The position numbers and the translations under genes were made by a program. A DNA stretch of 32,000 bases from assembly GCA_025839675.1 (NCBI GenBank), contig CP104013.1, positions 4,860,001 through 4,892,000 of the forward strand, in the 5' to 3' direction. A model generated the notes under the pieces. That model had not been told where the DNA came from. It was given only the letters and a program-made list of their open reading frames with translations, and searched no databases. Below are positions 9,870-17,651 of this stretch, in pieces. How positions within the stretch are numbered: the first letter of the stretch is position 1; each line of letters opens with the position of its first letter. The stretch comes from Candidatus Lokiarchaeum ossiferum (GTDB lineage: Archaea; Asgardarchaeota; Lokiarchaeia; Sigyniarchaeales; Promethearchaeaceae).

Positions 9870-11411
9870 TTAAATAAATTGCAGTACATCTTTTTCAATA
9901 AGTGAGAAACCTTGTGCATCTTCAGCCAAAATTGTTTCTAATAATTTCACCTTCAGTGATTTTATCTGCAATTGGCTTTCCATGCTAAGAGCATTTTCAT
10001 CAACTTGATTAAGTTTACTGTATATTCCTTTTGCCTCATTTAAATCAAAGGGAGTAATGTCTGACGTTATTTTCAAATACTTTGCAACAATGGATTTAAT
10101 GAGATCAACAGCATCAGGAATAAAATCCAAAAATTTCGTGGCATTGCCTGTTTTCATAAAACTCGCTAAATAAGGCTCATAATTCTGCATAAAATCTTCA
10201 AACATTATCGAAAAATCTTCCTTAACAAACTCCATATCCAAATCTGGGTGGGTGAAAATTGTTAAAGTTAGATTTTTTTTCGAGAGTGAAGACATTTTTA
10301 TATTCCCTCCTTGAACTCGAAAGCTAGATAGATCTTGAACATTTATTTCTTCAGCAAATTTAGACATTGCATTCAAAAACATTGGAATTAATTCTAAATC
10401 AAATTGGGGATTATCGGCTTTATTCAATGCGTCTCTCAAAGAACATTTCTTTGTTTCTGCAACAATCAACGTTTTTCCATTAGAATCACTGATCATAATG
10501 CCGTAAATTAATTTTTCTGGTTCAAATTTCTGGTCTTCACTCACTGGGGCTGCTTTTTTGCTAGCCAGATCCTTATTAGAGAGATCCAAGAATGATTTTA
10601 AGACTTGTTCGTAATATACCTCACCTTTTTCTGTTAAATAGACCAGGGTTTGTTTATCCATTTTTTTAGTTCTTAGAAAATTTGCTGTCTCATAAGAGCT
10701 AATTAAGGTTTGTAAAGTTGATTTTGAAGTTTCAAGATTCGATATCAGCCGTTCTAAACTTAAAACTTTTTGAGTTTTCAATGTATTGAAGAGATTAATA
10801 TTTAATTGAATAAGTTTTGTGTCCATTTCACCTTCATTATCAAGTCCCGATTTTCTGAAAACATCTACAAATGCATTGATTGTTGTGTAAAGATGTTCTG
10901 GCTTAATGGAAGTATAATATATGTTTAAATCTGTTTTGTAGTTCTTTTTTATTTCCTTTTTATAAGCTTCAATATGATCTTTAATTTTTAATAATTGAAT
11001 TTCATCAATTAAATCAATTTTATGGATAAGAAAGAAAATATTTGCTTGTTTGGATTGAACTGGTTGTAAAGCAATTGCTTTTCTTATATAATCAACAGTG
11101 ATTTTTGGAGCATGCCTTGAATCCAAGATATTTAAAATTATATCACTATCATTGAAAACATTTTTATCTTCAGAAAACCATCTTTCTTGTTCTTGACCTG
11201 CTAAGTCAAAAACACCTAAGTTTTGTAATAAATTATACGAATAGTTTTCAAATCCATAAGTTGGTTCAATAGGATTTTCTAACAACTTAAATAATGATTC
11301 TCCTTCAAATAACCATTTCCGGATAGTTGATTTTCCAACACCCGAAGGTCCAACAAATACAATTTTTTTTGACAGTATAGATCTCTTCCTTTTAATTGAA
11401 TGTAATAACAA
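9870..11411 (-). CDS. Rag/Gtr-like small GTPase with a central winged-helix-like segment and a C-terminal roadblock/LC7-like domain (513 aa)
   Basis: G1 GPSGVGKS (aa 21-28), G2 region EPTYG, G3 DLAGQE (aa 69-74). G4 is HKID rather than NKxD (aa 130-133, in IFFLIHKIDL). G5 region is YYTSIKPEHLY. HKxD and TSI..E.LY match my recollection of RagA (IFCLVHKMDL, FRTSIWDETLY). Residues ~216-270 (LSLERLISNLETSKSTLQTLISSYETANFLRTKKMDKQTLVYLTEKGEVYY) look like a wHTH. Residues ~300-400 show a beta-alpha-beta-beta-alpha roadblock-like pattern (LIYGIMISDSNGKTLIVAE...LTLTIFTHP). Confidence 0.72.
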   Translation of the reverse strand: MLLHSIKRKRSILSKKIVFVGPSGVGKSTIRKWLFEGESLFKLLENPIEPTYGFENYSYNLLQNLGVFDLAGQEQERWFSEDKNVFNDSDIILNILDSRHAPKITVDYIRKAIALQPVQSKQANIFFLIHKIDLIDEIQLLKIKDHIEAYKKEIKKNYKTDLNIYYTSIKPEHLYTTINAFVDVFRKSGLDNEGEMDTKLIQLNINLFNTLKTQKVLSLERLISNLETSKSTLQTLISSYETANFLRTKKMDKQTLVYLTEKGEVYYEQVLKSFLDLSNKDLASKKAAPVSEDQKFEPEKLIYGIMISDSNGKTLIVAETKKCSLRDALNKADNPQFDLELIPMFLNAMSKFAEEINVQDLSSFRVQGGNIKMSSLSKKNLTLTIFTHPDLDMEFVKEDFSIMFEDFMQNYEPYLASFMKTGNATKFLDFIPDAVDLIKSIVAKYLKITSDITPFDLNEAKGIYSKLNQVDENALSMESQLQIKSLKVKLLETILAEDAQGFSLIEKDVLQFI

Positions 11412-11412
11412 C

Positions 11413-11766
11413 TTATTGATTCTTTTTTTTCAAATCTGTAATTGAACTTTTTAAATCGGATATCCCATCACGATATTTTTGATTTAATCGTTTAAATTCT
11501 TGTTCAAGTTTGATTATCTCATTTAGTAGGGGGTTTTTAATAATTTCTGTTTTATATTTTGATATAACTTTTTTCAATTTATAATTTTGGTCTACATAAA
11601 TGATGGAACAAATTTCTTCGCTTGATAAATCTTTTTTGTGAATGTGAACTACTGGAAATGGTTTTTTTTTAAATTTTGGGTTGTTGGAGTGTAAAATCTT
11701 GTGAGTATGTTCTTTTTTACATAATTCACAAAAATATGTAATATTTATCTCTTTCTCAACAGCCAT
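11413..11766 (-). CDS. Hypothetical small protein: N-terminal Cys/His cluster plus C-terminal coiled coil
   Basis: 117-aa ORF whose stop lies 1 nt from the start of the Rag-like gene (likely co-translated). It contains CELCKKEHTHKILH (C-x2-C-x3-H-x-H-x3-H). The C-terminal heptad-like segment is IIKLEQEFKRLNQKYRDGISDLKSSITDLKKK. No family recognised. Confidence 0.5.
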   Translation of the reverse strand: MAVEKEINITYFCELCKKEHTHKILHSNNPKFKKKPFPVVHIHKKDLSSEEICSIIYVDQNYKLKKVISKYKTEIIKNPLLNEIIKLEQEFKRLNQKYRDGISDLKSSITDLKKKNQ

Positions 11767-11884
11767 TCAAAAACTTCCTATTTTTATACCTTTGTTTGGT
11801 CCTAACTTTGTTTTATTTATTGCTTTTAGAAATCTTTTGAGAAAAATTAGAAAATATTTTGTAAATTAAAAATTAGAGAAAAAA

Positions 11885-13348
11885 TTAGTTATTTGAATTC
11901 CAGGACATTTTCTTTCGAATACCACCTATGCCTTTTAATTTCAATGCGTTGGCCATTTGAACGGTTTCTTCAATCGTATGAGCACATGGAATGTGCTGAA
12001 GTTCTAAAGCGTCTCGAATTAAGTCATATTTTGGAGTCCAAGGAACATAGGCAATGATTGGTTTTTTGTATTTATTTCCAACTTTGTTGATAGCTCTCCC
12101 TAAACCCATGGTTAACTGCGGTACTTGAGGTACCAATAAAGTTAGTATCATTTCAACATTTGGAGCATTAAACAAGTATTCCAGAATATTCACAATATCG
12201 TCGTCTGTTCCTGATCCAGTAATATCTATTGGATTGTTAAGTCCTGCAATTCGAGATGCAATTGGATTCAATAAAAATGATATGTCTTCTTTTTGTCTTT
12301 CTGTGAATTTTGTAAGGCCTAAACCATATTTGTCCAAGAGATCTGCACAAAGAACGCCGTGTCCTCCTGATACTGATAAAACTGCAATTCTATCCCCATG
12401 AATGGCCATAGTTGAATATTTTCTGAATGGATTTGCAAGCATAGAGTAGGTTTTCAATGTCATCTGCAGATCTTGTTCGTTAATTGGGTTTACAATACTA
12501 TATTGTTTGTAAGCTCCCTTCATAATGCTACCGTCTGCGGCTAAAGAGCCTGTGTGTGAACCTGCTGCCGCTTTTCCTGCAGAAGTTGTCCCTCCCGAAT
12601 AAACAACCACGTCTTTTCGAGATTTTCGTGCCTCTTCACAGAAACGTCTTCCATCTCCCAAATGAAAGCCTTCCAAGTAAAATGTGATGACGTCTGTGGT
12701 ATTATCTTTTTCAAAATATTTAAGGAGCATCGCTTCGTTCACCATTGCTTTGTTCCCAATGGATACAGCTGTGCTTACACCAATATTTCGTTCTTTGAGA
12801 CTAATAAAAAATTGATCAATTAAAACTCCTCCACTTTGGCTAATTACAGCAACATTTCCCGCTTTTGGTTTAACCAATCGTTCAGATGGGAGAAATAATG
12901 TGTCTAATATCGGAGGACTGTATATACCGACGCAATTTGGGCCTATGAAAGGCATATTATAATCAGAGCATATCTTAACTAATTCATTTTGCATTTTCAT
13001 ACCTTCCCGCCCTGCTTCACTGAACCCTCCTGCAATAATAACTGCTCCCTTAACACCTAATTCTGCTGCCTCTTGAATCACACTTTTAGTATTCTTGGCG
13101 CTAACGGCAACTACTGCTAGATCTGGAATTTCTGGTAACTTATCAAATGACCGGTAAACTTTATGGCCATCAATTTCATCAGCACGTGGTGTTATTCCAT
13201 AGGTTTTAACACTCATTTCCATAAGATTTTTAGAAAATATGGCATTTCCAGGGTTGTCCGAATTTCTGGTCGAGAGGCCTATTACGGCCATTGACTTAGG
13301 TTTAAAGATGAAATCCAAATTATATTGCTGATCGTCATCTGATGGCAT
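11885..13348 (-). CDS. acdA: Acetyl-CoA synthetase (ADP-forming) alpha subunit / CoA-binding succinyl-CoA-synthetase-like protein
   Basis: CoA-binding N-terminus (KSMAVIGLS...NPGNAIF), LAVVAVSAKNT, GVKGAVIIAGGFSEAG, FIGPNCVGIYSP and VAVISQSGGV. The phospho-histidine motif AAAGSHTGSLAA is present. Length is typical of archaeal ACD alpha. No beta (ATP-grasp) subunit is adjacent. Confidence 0.85.
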   Translation of the reverse strand: MPSDDDQQYNLDFIFKPKSMAVIGLSTRNSDNPGNAIFSKNLMEMSVKTYGITPRADEIDGHKVYRSFDKLPEIPDLAVVAVSAKNTKSVIQEAAELGVKGAVIIAGGFSEAGREGMKMQNELVKICSDYNMPFIGPNCVGIYSPPILDTLFLPSERLVKPKAGNVAVISQSGGVLIDQFFISLKERNIGVSTAVSIGNKAMVNEAMLLKYFEKDNTTDVITFYLEGFHLGDGRRFCEEARKSRKDVVVYSGGTTSAGKAAAGSHTGSLAADGSIMKGAYKQYSIVNPINEQDLQMTLKTYSMLANPFRKYSTMAIHGDRIAVLSVSGGHGVLCADLLDKYGLGLTKFTERQKEDISFLLNPIASRIAGLNNPIDITGSGTDDDIVNILEYLFNAPNVEMILTLLVPQVPQLTMGLGRAINKVGNKYKKPIIAYVPWTPKYDLIRDALELQHIPCAHTIEETVQMANALKLKGIGGIRKKMSWNSNN

Positions 13349-13496
13349 AAAGAAAATAAATCTTGCGCAAAAATTAAATCTTCCGAACTAATATCCTTAA
13401 CATTGAATTTACGTGCAATTTGAATGAAACCGAAATAAGTTTCGTATTAAGTGATCAAAAAACCAAATTACCATCGGAAAAAAATTGAAAAAATTC

Positions 13497-13671
13497 TGTT
13501 GAAAAACTTAGAAATCTTTTACTTTTTAATGGAATTTTCCATCAAAAAGTTTGCAAACAGATGGTATTAAATATTTTGTTGAAAAAAAAAACTTAGGAAA
13601 CTCAACATACAAAAAATGGAATTTCAAATGAGATTGTTTTTTTTTTGTACCGAAATGTTGCAAACAGATGG
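13497..13671. repeat. Degenerate tandem duplication of a three-part promoter-region module, upstream of and overlapping the start of the RHH-like ORF
   Basis: Module copy 1: tgttgaaaaacttagaaa (13497-13514), aatggaattt (13528-13537), ttgcaaacagatgg (13551-13564). Copy 2: tgttgaaaaaaaaaacttaggaaa (13577-13600), aatggaattt (13615-13624), ttgcaaacagatgg (13658-13671). The last atg of copy 2 is the ORF start at 13668. Copy 1 contains the perfect 10-bp palindrome gtttgcaaac. Confidence 0.7.
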
Positions 13672-13910
13672 AAACACTTGATAAAGGCGAGAAAATGACT
13701 AAAAATTTGAATTTGAAGGTTGATGAAAGTTTATTTTATGAATTTCATAGACTTAAAGGATTATTAAGGGCGGGAACAAATCAAGATTGTTTAAGGAAAT
13801 TACTTCAGATATCGGATGAAAAAATGAAAGATTTTGAGTTTAAACCAGATCGGGATGAGTATTTAAAAACTTTGGATCTGAAATATGTTCCTCTTTCTGA
13901 GAAAATTTAA
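13668..13910 (+). CDS. Small hypothetical protein, possibly ribbon-helix-helix (CopG/Arc-like) DNA binder
   Basis: 80-aa ORF with an alternative start at ATG 13695 (MTKNLNLK...). The pattern is a beta-strand (KNLNLKVDESL), a helix (FYEFHRLKGLL), a turn and a helix (CLRKLLQISDEKM). It is followed by a T11 run at 13930-13940. The family assignment is inference only. Confidence 0.45.
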   Translation: METLDKGEKMTKNLNLKVDESLFYEFHRLKGLLRAGTNQDCLRKLLQISDEKMKDFEFKPDRDEYLKTLDLKYVPLSEKI

Positions 13911-13929
13911 AGATATCTTGTAGATCTAA

Positions 13930-13940
13930 TTTTTTTTTTT
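13930..13940 (+). terminator. Oligo-T tract (T11) after the RHH-like ORF
   Basis: A T11 run lies 20 nt after stop 13908-13910, preceded by the short palindromes agatatct and agatct. Confidence 0.45.
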
Positions 13941-14050
13941 CCATAGTTTTATTCAAAACTTTTTCTCACATTACTTACATTGGTTTATGAAAATGTTTAT
14001 AGGGTTCGTAATTCATGTTTCATTATAGAAAAAGAAAGGTATAGTAAAAA

Positions 14051-15520
14051 ATGTCTAATCTTAATTCGAATGAAGTTTCCATTCCACCAGAAATTATTGA
14101 TACTTTTAAAAAAACGGGGTTAGGATATTCTTGGTTGATCAAAGGACAAGCGGGAGTAGGGAAAACAACCTTCGCTCTTAGTCTATTACACTTTTTTAAA
14201 AAATATGAGCCTATATATTTATCCACGCGTGTGGCTCCTGCGAGCATATATGCACAATTTCCTTTTTTGGAAGGCAGATTGCAGGATTTTAACATTTTGG
14301 ATGCAACAAGGACTTATATTCCTCCCGTAAATCAACCTGAGCGTATGAAAGATCATTTGAACAATACTCTTAGGTTTTCATCAGTTCCCGATTTCTTAAA
14401 AATAATATACGAAAAAGTGGCACAATATGAATCCCCCGTTATAGTAATTGATTCTTGGGATGCGATTGTTGGTCAAAGTAATGATGAAAGGAAAAATATT
14501 GAAACCTTATTAACTGAATACATCCGCAACACTAATGCAAAATTGATCTTTATTGCTGAATCTGATAGTATAAGCCTTTTGGATTTTATTGTTGATGGTA
14601 TTCTTACTCTCAAGGATGAATCCGTCGCGGGAAGAACCCTTCGAACAATCGAAATAAATAAAATTCGTGCTGTGGAACGCCGTCAAAAAGCGTATGCATA
14701 TACTTTATTCAATAATCAATTCCAATATATTTCTCTCTTTGAAAAGGATAAACAAATCCCAATAACACCTTTTGAAATAACAACGGATAAAAACGATTTA
14801 TTTTCAACAGGAAATGCACCTTTAGATGAGATTTATAATGGAGGTTTACGTCCAGGAACTTTTAATTTATTAGAAGTAGAATCAACCGTTCCAATATCAT
14901 CAATTTCATCGATCTTCATTGGCATGTTATGTCAATTTATTCAACAAGGAAGAGGTGCTATTGTACACACGACTGATGGGATTAATTCTGATTTAATTGA
15001 CAAGAAACGCCTATTTCTCTATTTACAAACAGATACCATTAGTAGAAACATGCGAATACTACAAACTCAAATCAGCGATAGAAAAGAGATTCGCCCTTAT
15101 ATTCGGTTGGTTGACGATGTTTCATACAATGATATCTTTTTTGATACATATTCGAAATTATCAAGTATTTCCAAATTTCAACCTGTATTTGCTGGAATTT
15201 CTTATGATTCCTTACAGTTTATGGTCGATTTTAATAAAGCAATGCGCGATTTCGAGAATCATTTAAAATTAATTAGGAATTCCAATGTGATTGAATTAGG
15301 TATCATTAATTCTACTTCCCCAGGGCAAGCTAAAGCGTCTCAAGATTTGGGAGCATTAACAACAAATTTATCATATATTGCTTCTACACATATAAAAGTG
15401 ATAGAAAGACACGGCTCCATATTTTTGTATGCGATTAAGCCAAGAAGCTCTTGTCTTTTTGCTATGAAGACAAATTATGATAAAGGGTTTCCTCAGATTG
15501 AATTGTTACCTGTTGTTTAA
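14051..15520 (+). CDS. KaiC/GvpD-like RecA-superfamily ATPase, tandem-domain, with a degenerate second nucleotide-binding domain
   Basis: Domain 1 has IPPEIIDTFKKTGLGYSWLIKGQAGVGKTTFALSLL (Walker A, aa 32-39) and a Walker B-like VIVIDSWD (aa 130-136). Domain 2 starts with the KaiC-type lead-in STGNAPLDEIYNGGLRPGTFNLL. Its P-loop position reads EVESTVPISS, with no GKT. Confidence 0.75.
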   Translation: MSNLNSNEVSIPPEIIDTFKKTGLGYSWLIKGQAGVGKTTFALSLLHFFKKYEPIYLSTRVAPASIYAQFPFLEGRLQDFNILDATRTYIPPVNQPERMKDHLNNTLRFSSVPDFLKIIYEKVAQYESPVIVIDSWDAIVGQSNDERKNIETLLTEYIRNTNAKLIFIAESDSISLLDFIVDGILTLKDESVAGRTLRTIEINKIRAVERRQKAYAYTLFNNQFQYISLFEKDKQIPITPFEITTDKNDLFSTGNAPLDEIYNGGLRPGTFNLLEVESTVPISSISSIFIGMLCQFIQQGRGAIVHTTDGINSDLIDKKRLFLYLQTDTISRNMRILQTQISDRKEIRPYIRLVDDVSYNDIFFDTYSKLSSISKFQPVFAGISYDSLQFMVDFNKAMRDFENHLKLIRNSNVIELGIINSTSPGQAKASQDLGALTTNLSYIASTHIKVIERHGSIFLYAIKPRSSCLFAMKTNYDKGFPQIELLPVV

Positions 15521-15523
15521 GAC

Positions 15524-15530
15524 GAGGTGA
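15524..15530 (+). promoter_or_regulatory. Shine-Dalgarno sequence of the Rab-like GTPase gene
   Basis: GAGGTGA lies 4 nt upstream of ATG 15535, in the 14-nt spacer after the KaiC-like gene. Confidence 0.6.
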
Positions 15531-15534
15531 GAAA

Positions 15535-16035
15535 ATGAATATACAAAGAAAAGTGTGCCTTCTTGGTTCTGATGGTGTTGGAAAAACTTCTATTATTGTC
15601 AGATATACTAAGGGAACTTTTTCAAATTCTTATCTAGTAACTCTAGGCGTTGACTTTTACGAAGTGAAATTTTCCAATCCAAAAACCTCTGATATGCTTT
15701 CAACCCAAATTTGGGATTTGGCATCACAGAAAAATTTTCAATTCATGAGAGCACAGTATCTTTCCTATGCAAATTATATTATTATTGTAGTCGATGCGAT
15801 GAGGCATGCTGATGAATATATTGTCCCATGGATTAACGATGTTCGGAAACATGCTGGTAAAGAAGTTCCTTATATAATAGTTTTAAACAAAGTTGATTTG
15901 ATAGATGCTGAGACATCTAAAAATTTGGTTTTAAGATTGAAAAATCAATTCAATGTTCCTATTTTTAATACTTCCGCTAAAACAGGGGAAAATATTCATG
16001 AAATCTTTGAATATGTCGCTGAATGTCTTTGGTAA
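15535..16035 (+). CDS. Rab/Ras-like small GTPase (166 aa) with a non-canonical switch II (DLASQ)
   Basis: G1 GSDGVGKT, a Rab-like switch I TLGVDF, G3 WDLASQK (canonical is WDTAGQE), G4 NKVD and G5 TSAKTG. The strong SD GAGGTGA (15524-15530) lies 4 nt before the ATG and 14 nt after the KaiC-like stop. Confidence 0.88.
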   Translation: MNIQRKVCLLGSDGVGKTSIIVRYTKGTFSNSYLVTLGVDFYEVKFSNPKTSDMLSTQIWDLASQKNFQFMRAQYLSYANYIIIVVDAMRHADEYIVPWINDVRKHAGKEVPYIIVLNKVDLIDAETSKNLVLRLKNQFNVPIFNTSAKTGENIHEIFEYVAECLW

Positions 16036-16301
16036 CGAATCTTTTTTAAATGCAATATTTTTGTTAAGATATTTCTAATTAAAATTCTTATCAAAAAATC
16101 ACTCTTTTTCTTAAAATTTAAGTATATAATCAATTGGTTCTAAATTCTTTATGAAAGTGGTTTAAAGGAAAAATGGTAGACTGTTGATTATCATTTTTAA
16201 TCATCTATTTAAATTGAAATTTAAAGTCTCCCTTCAATATTTAAAAACCCATCCTTAAATAATAGTTCATCTCCAAAAAAAATAATTTGTATCAGGATAG
16301 A

Positions 16302-17639
16302 ATGGAAATGGTAATTGGATTAGTATTAACTCATTGGGACACCCAGTTAGGTCCTTTAATAATGGCAAGATATCCAAATAATTTTCAAGTATCTAAAGAT
16401 GAAATCAACAAAATATTAATGACACATTCAATTTCTAAAGAGATGACAAATGAAATAGTCGAAATTCGTTTGAAAGAAAAAATTTTTCTCAGTTATTGTC
16501 CAAAAAAGCAAATTCCAGTCAATGGATATTCTATGATGATTATTGTTCTCCATTTAAATGAAGAATTATTGTTTGATGGAATAAAAAATCAATTAAATGA
16601 AATTGGTGAAAATTTATTCAATCGTTCTGGTAATGAGCAAATTAAAGAATTTCACCAGTATGCATCCAAATTTTTTCAAAAAAAATCATCACGAAAAATA
16701 TTATTTATAGGATCTAGCGCAGTAGGTAAAACTTCAATTAAAAAACTATTTTTTGAGGGAATACCTTCTGAATCTCTTTTGGATTTGCCCCTTGAACCAA
16801 CTTATGGATTAGTACAATTTAATTATGATTGGCTAGATTTGGATCTTGGTGTTGCAGATCTGGCAGGTCAGGAAATGGACCATTTTTTAAACGAATCATT
16901 CGAATCGGAGATTGATCCATTTGATTCTGTTGATGCAATTCTCTACATCTTCGATTCAACTTATTGGGATACAAATTCTCGTGAAATCGTACAACATATA
17001 CAGAAGATTCTAGACATAAATACAAGTAGAGATCTAAAATCCCAGTTTTTTGTTTTTTGTCACAAACTGGATTTAATTCCAACTTATGATCAACAATCCT
17101 TCAAGAATGAAATAAAATATACCTTGCCAGCATCGGTTCAGTCTAATCTCTTTTTTACAAGCATTAAATCTGACATGCTCCATCAACTAATTAGATCAAT
17201 GCAAGTAGTAATTGGTACCCTCTCACCACAAACCAATTATCTCGAAGAAATATTATTTGAGACTATTTCAGAAAAAAGGAATACTGCAGTAATTATTTTA
17301 AATGAAAAAAGAATTTTACTAAGTGCTTCGACTGAAGATTTTAAAATAATTAACTATTCTCACATCTTTTCATTCATTTCATCAATGAATTTGCTTCTCG
17401 ATGATTTCAAAAGTGAATTCACTCAATTACAACTTAAAGGAAACCGTTTTAATTTGCATTTTTCCTCGATAGAATGGTTGTCAGAGGGTGAATGTATCAT
17501 TTTAATTAGTGAATGCTTATCTTTTAAGGAATTAAGTCTACTAAAAGAGAGTATTCAATATAGTTTAATATATTTAGAAACTTCCTACGAAAAATCTTCA
17601 GATAATCTAAACATAGATCAAAAAAATTCATCCAAATAA
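16302..17639 (+). CDS. Three-domain protein: folliculin-like longin domain, Rag/Gtr-like GTPase and a Rag-CTD-like roadblock domain
   Basis: The track starts at TTG 16287. I prefer ATG 16302 (MEMVIGLVLTHWDTQLGP), by analogy with the N-terminus of the 163-aa paralogous domain at 30544. GTPase motifs: G1 GSSAVGKT (16710-16733), EPTYG, DLAGQE (16857-), HKLD (17061-17072, in FVFCHKLDLI) and FFTSIKSDMLH. The C-terminal ~115 aa alternate helix and strand in the same order as the RagA C-terminal roadblock domain (LEEILFETISEKRNTAVIILNEKRILLSAS...FTQLQLKGNRFNLHFSSI...ECIILISEC...). Confidence 0.72.
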   Translation: MEMVIGLVLTHWDTQLGPLIMARYPNNFQVSKDEINKILMTHSISKEMTNEIVEIRLKEKIFLSYCPKKQIPVNGYSMMIIVLHLNEELLFDGIKNQLNEIGENLFNRSGNEQIKEFHQYASKFFQKKSSRKILFIGSSAVGKTSIKKLFFEGIPSESLLDLPLEPTYGLVQFNYDWLDLDLGVADLAGQEMDHFLNESFESEIDPFDSVDAILYIFDSTYWDTNSREIVQHIQKILDINTSRDLKSQFFVFCHKLDLIPTYDQQSFKNEIKYTLPASVQSNLFFTSIKSDMLHQLIRSMQVVIGTLSPQTNYLEEILFETISEKRNTAVIILNEKRILLSASTEDFKIINYSHIFSFISSMNLLLDDFKSEFTQLQLKGNRFNLHFSSIEWLSEGECIILISECLSFKELSLLKESIQYSLIYLETSYEKSSDNLNIDQKNSSK

Positions 17640-17651
17640 AGGTAAATCCAA

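Noticed and set aside
11779-11788. Perfect TATAAAAATA (minus strand) upstream of the 117-aa gene as its TATA box
   Set aside because: It lies only ~13-22 nt from the ATG at 11766. With the usual archaeal TATA-to-TSS spacing, transcription would start inside the CDS. It cannot be called a promoter without TSS data.
16021-16035. C-terminal Cys of the Rab-like GTPase (…AECLW) as a prenylation motif
   Set aside because: The Cys is at position -3, not in a CaaX, CC or CxC arrangement, and archaea are not known to prenylate small GTPases in this way.
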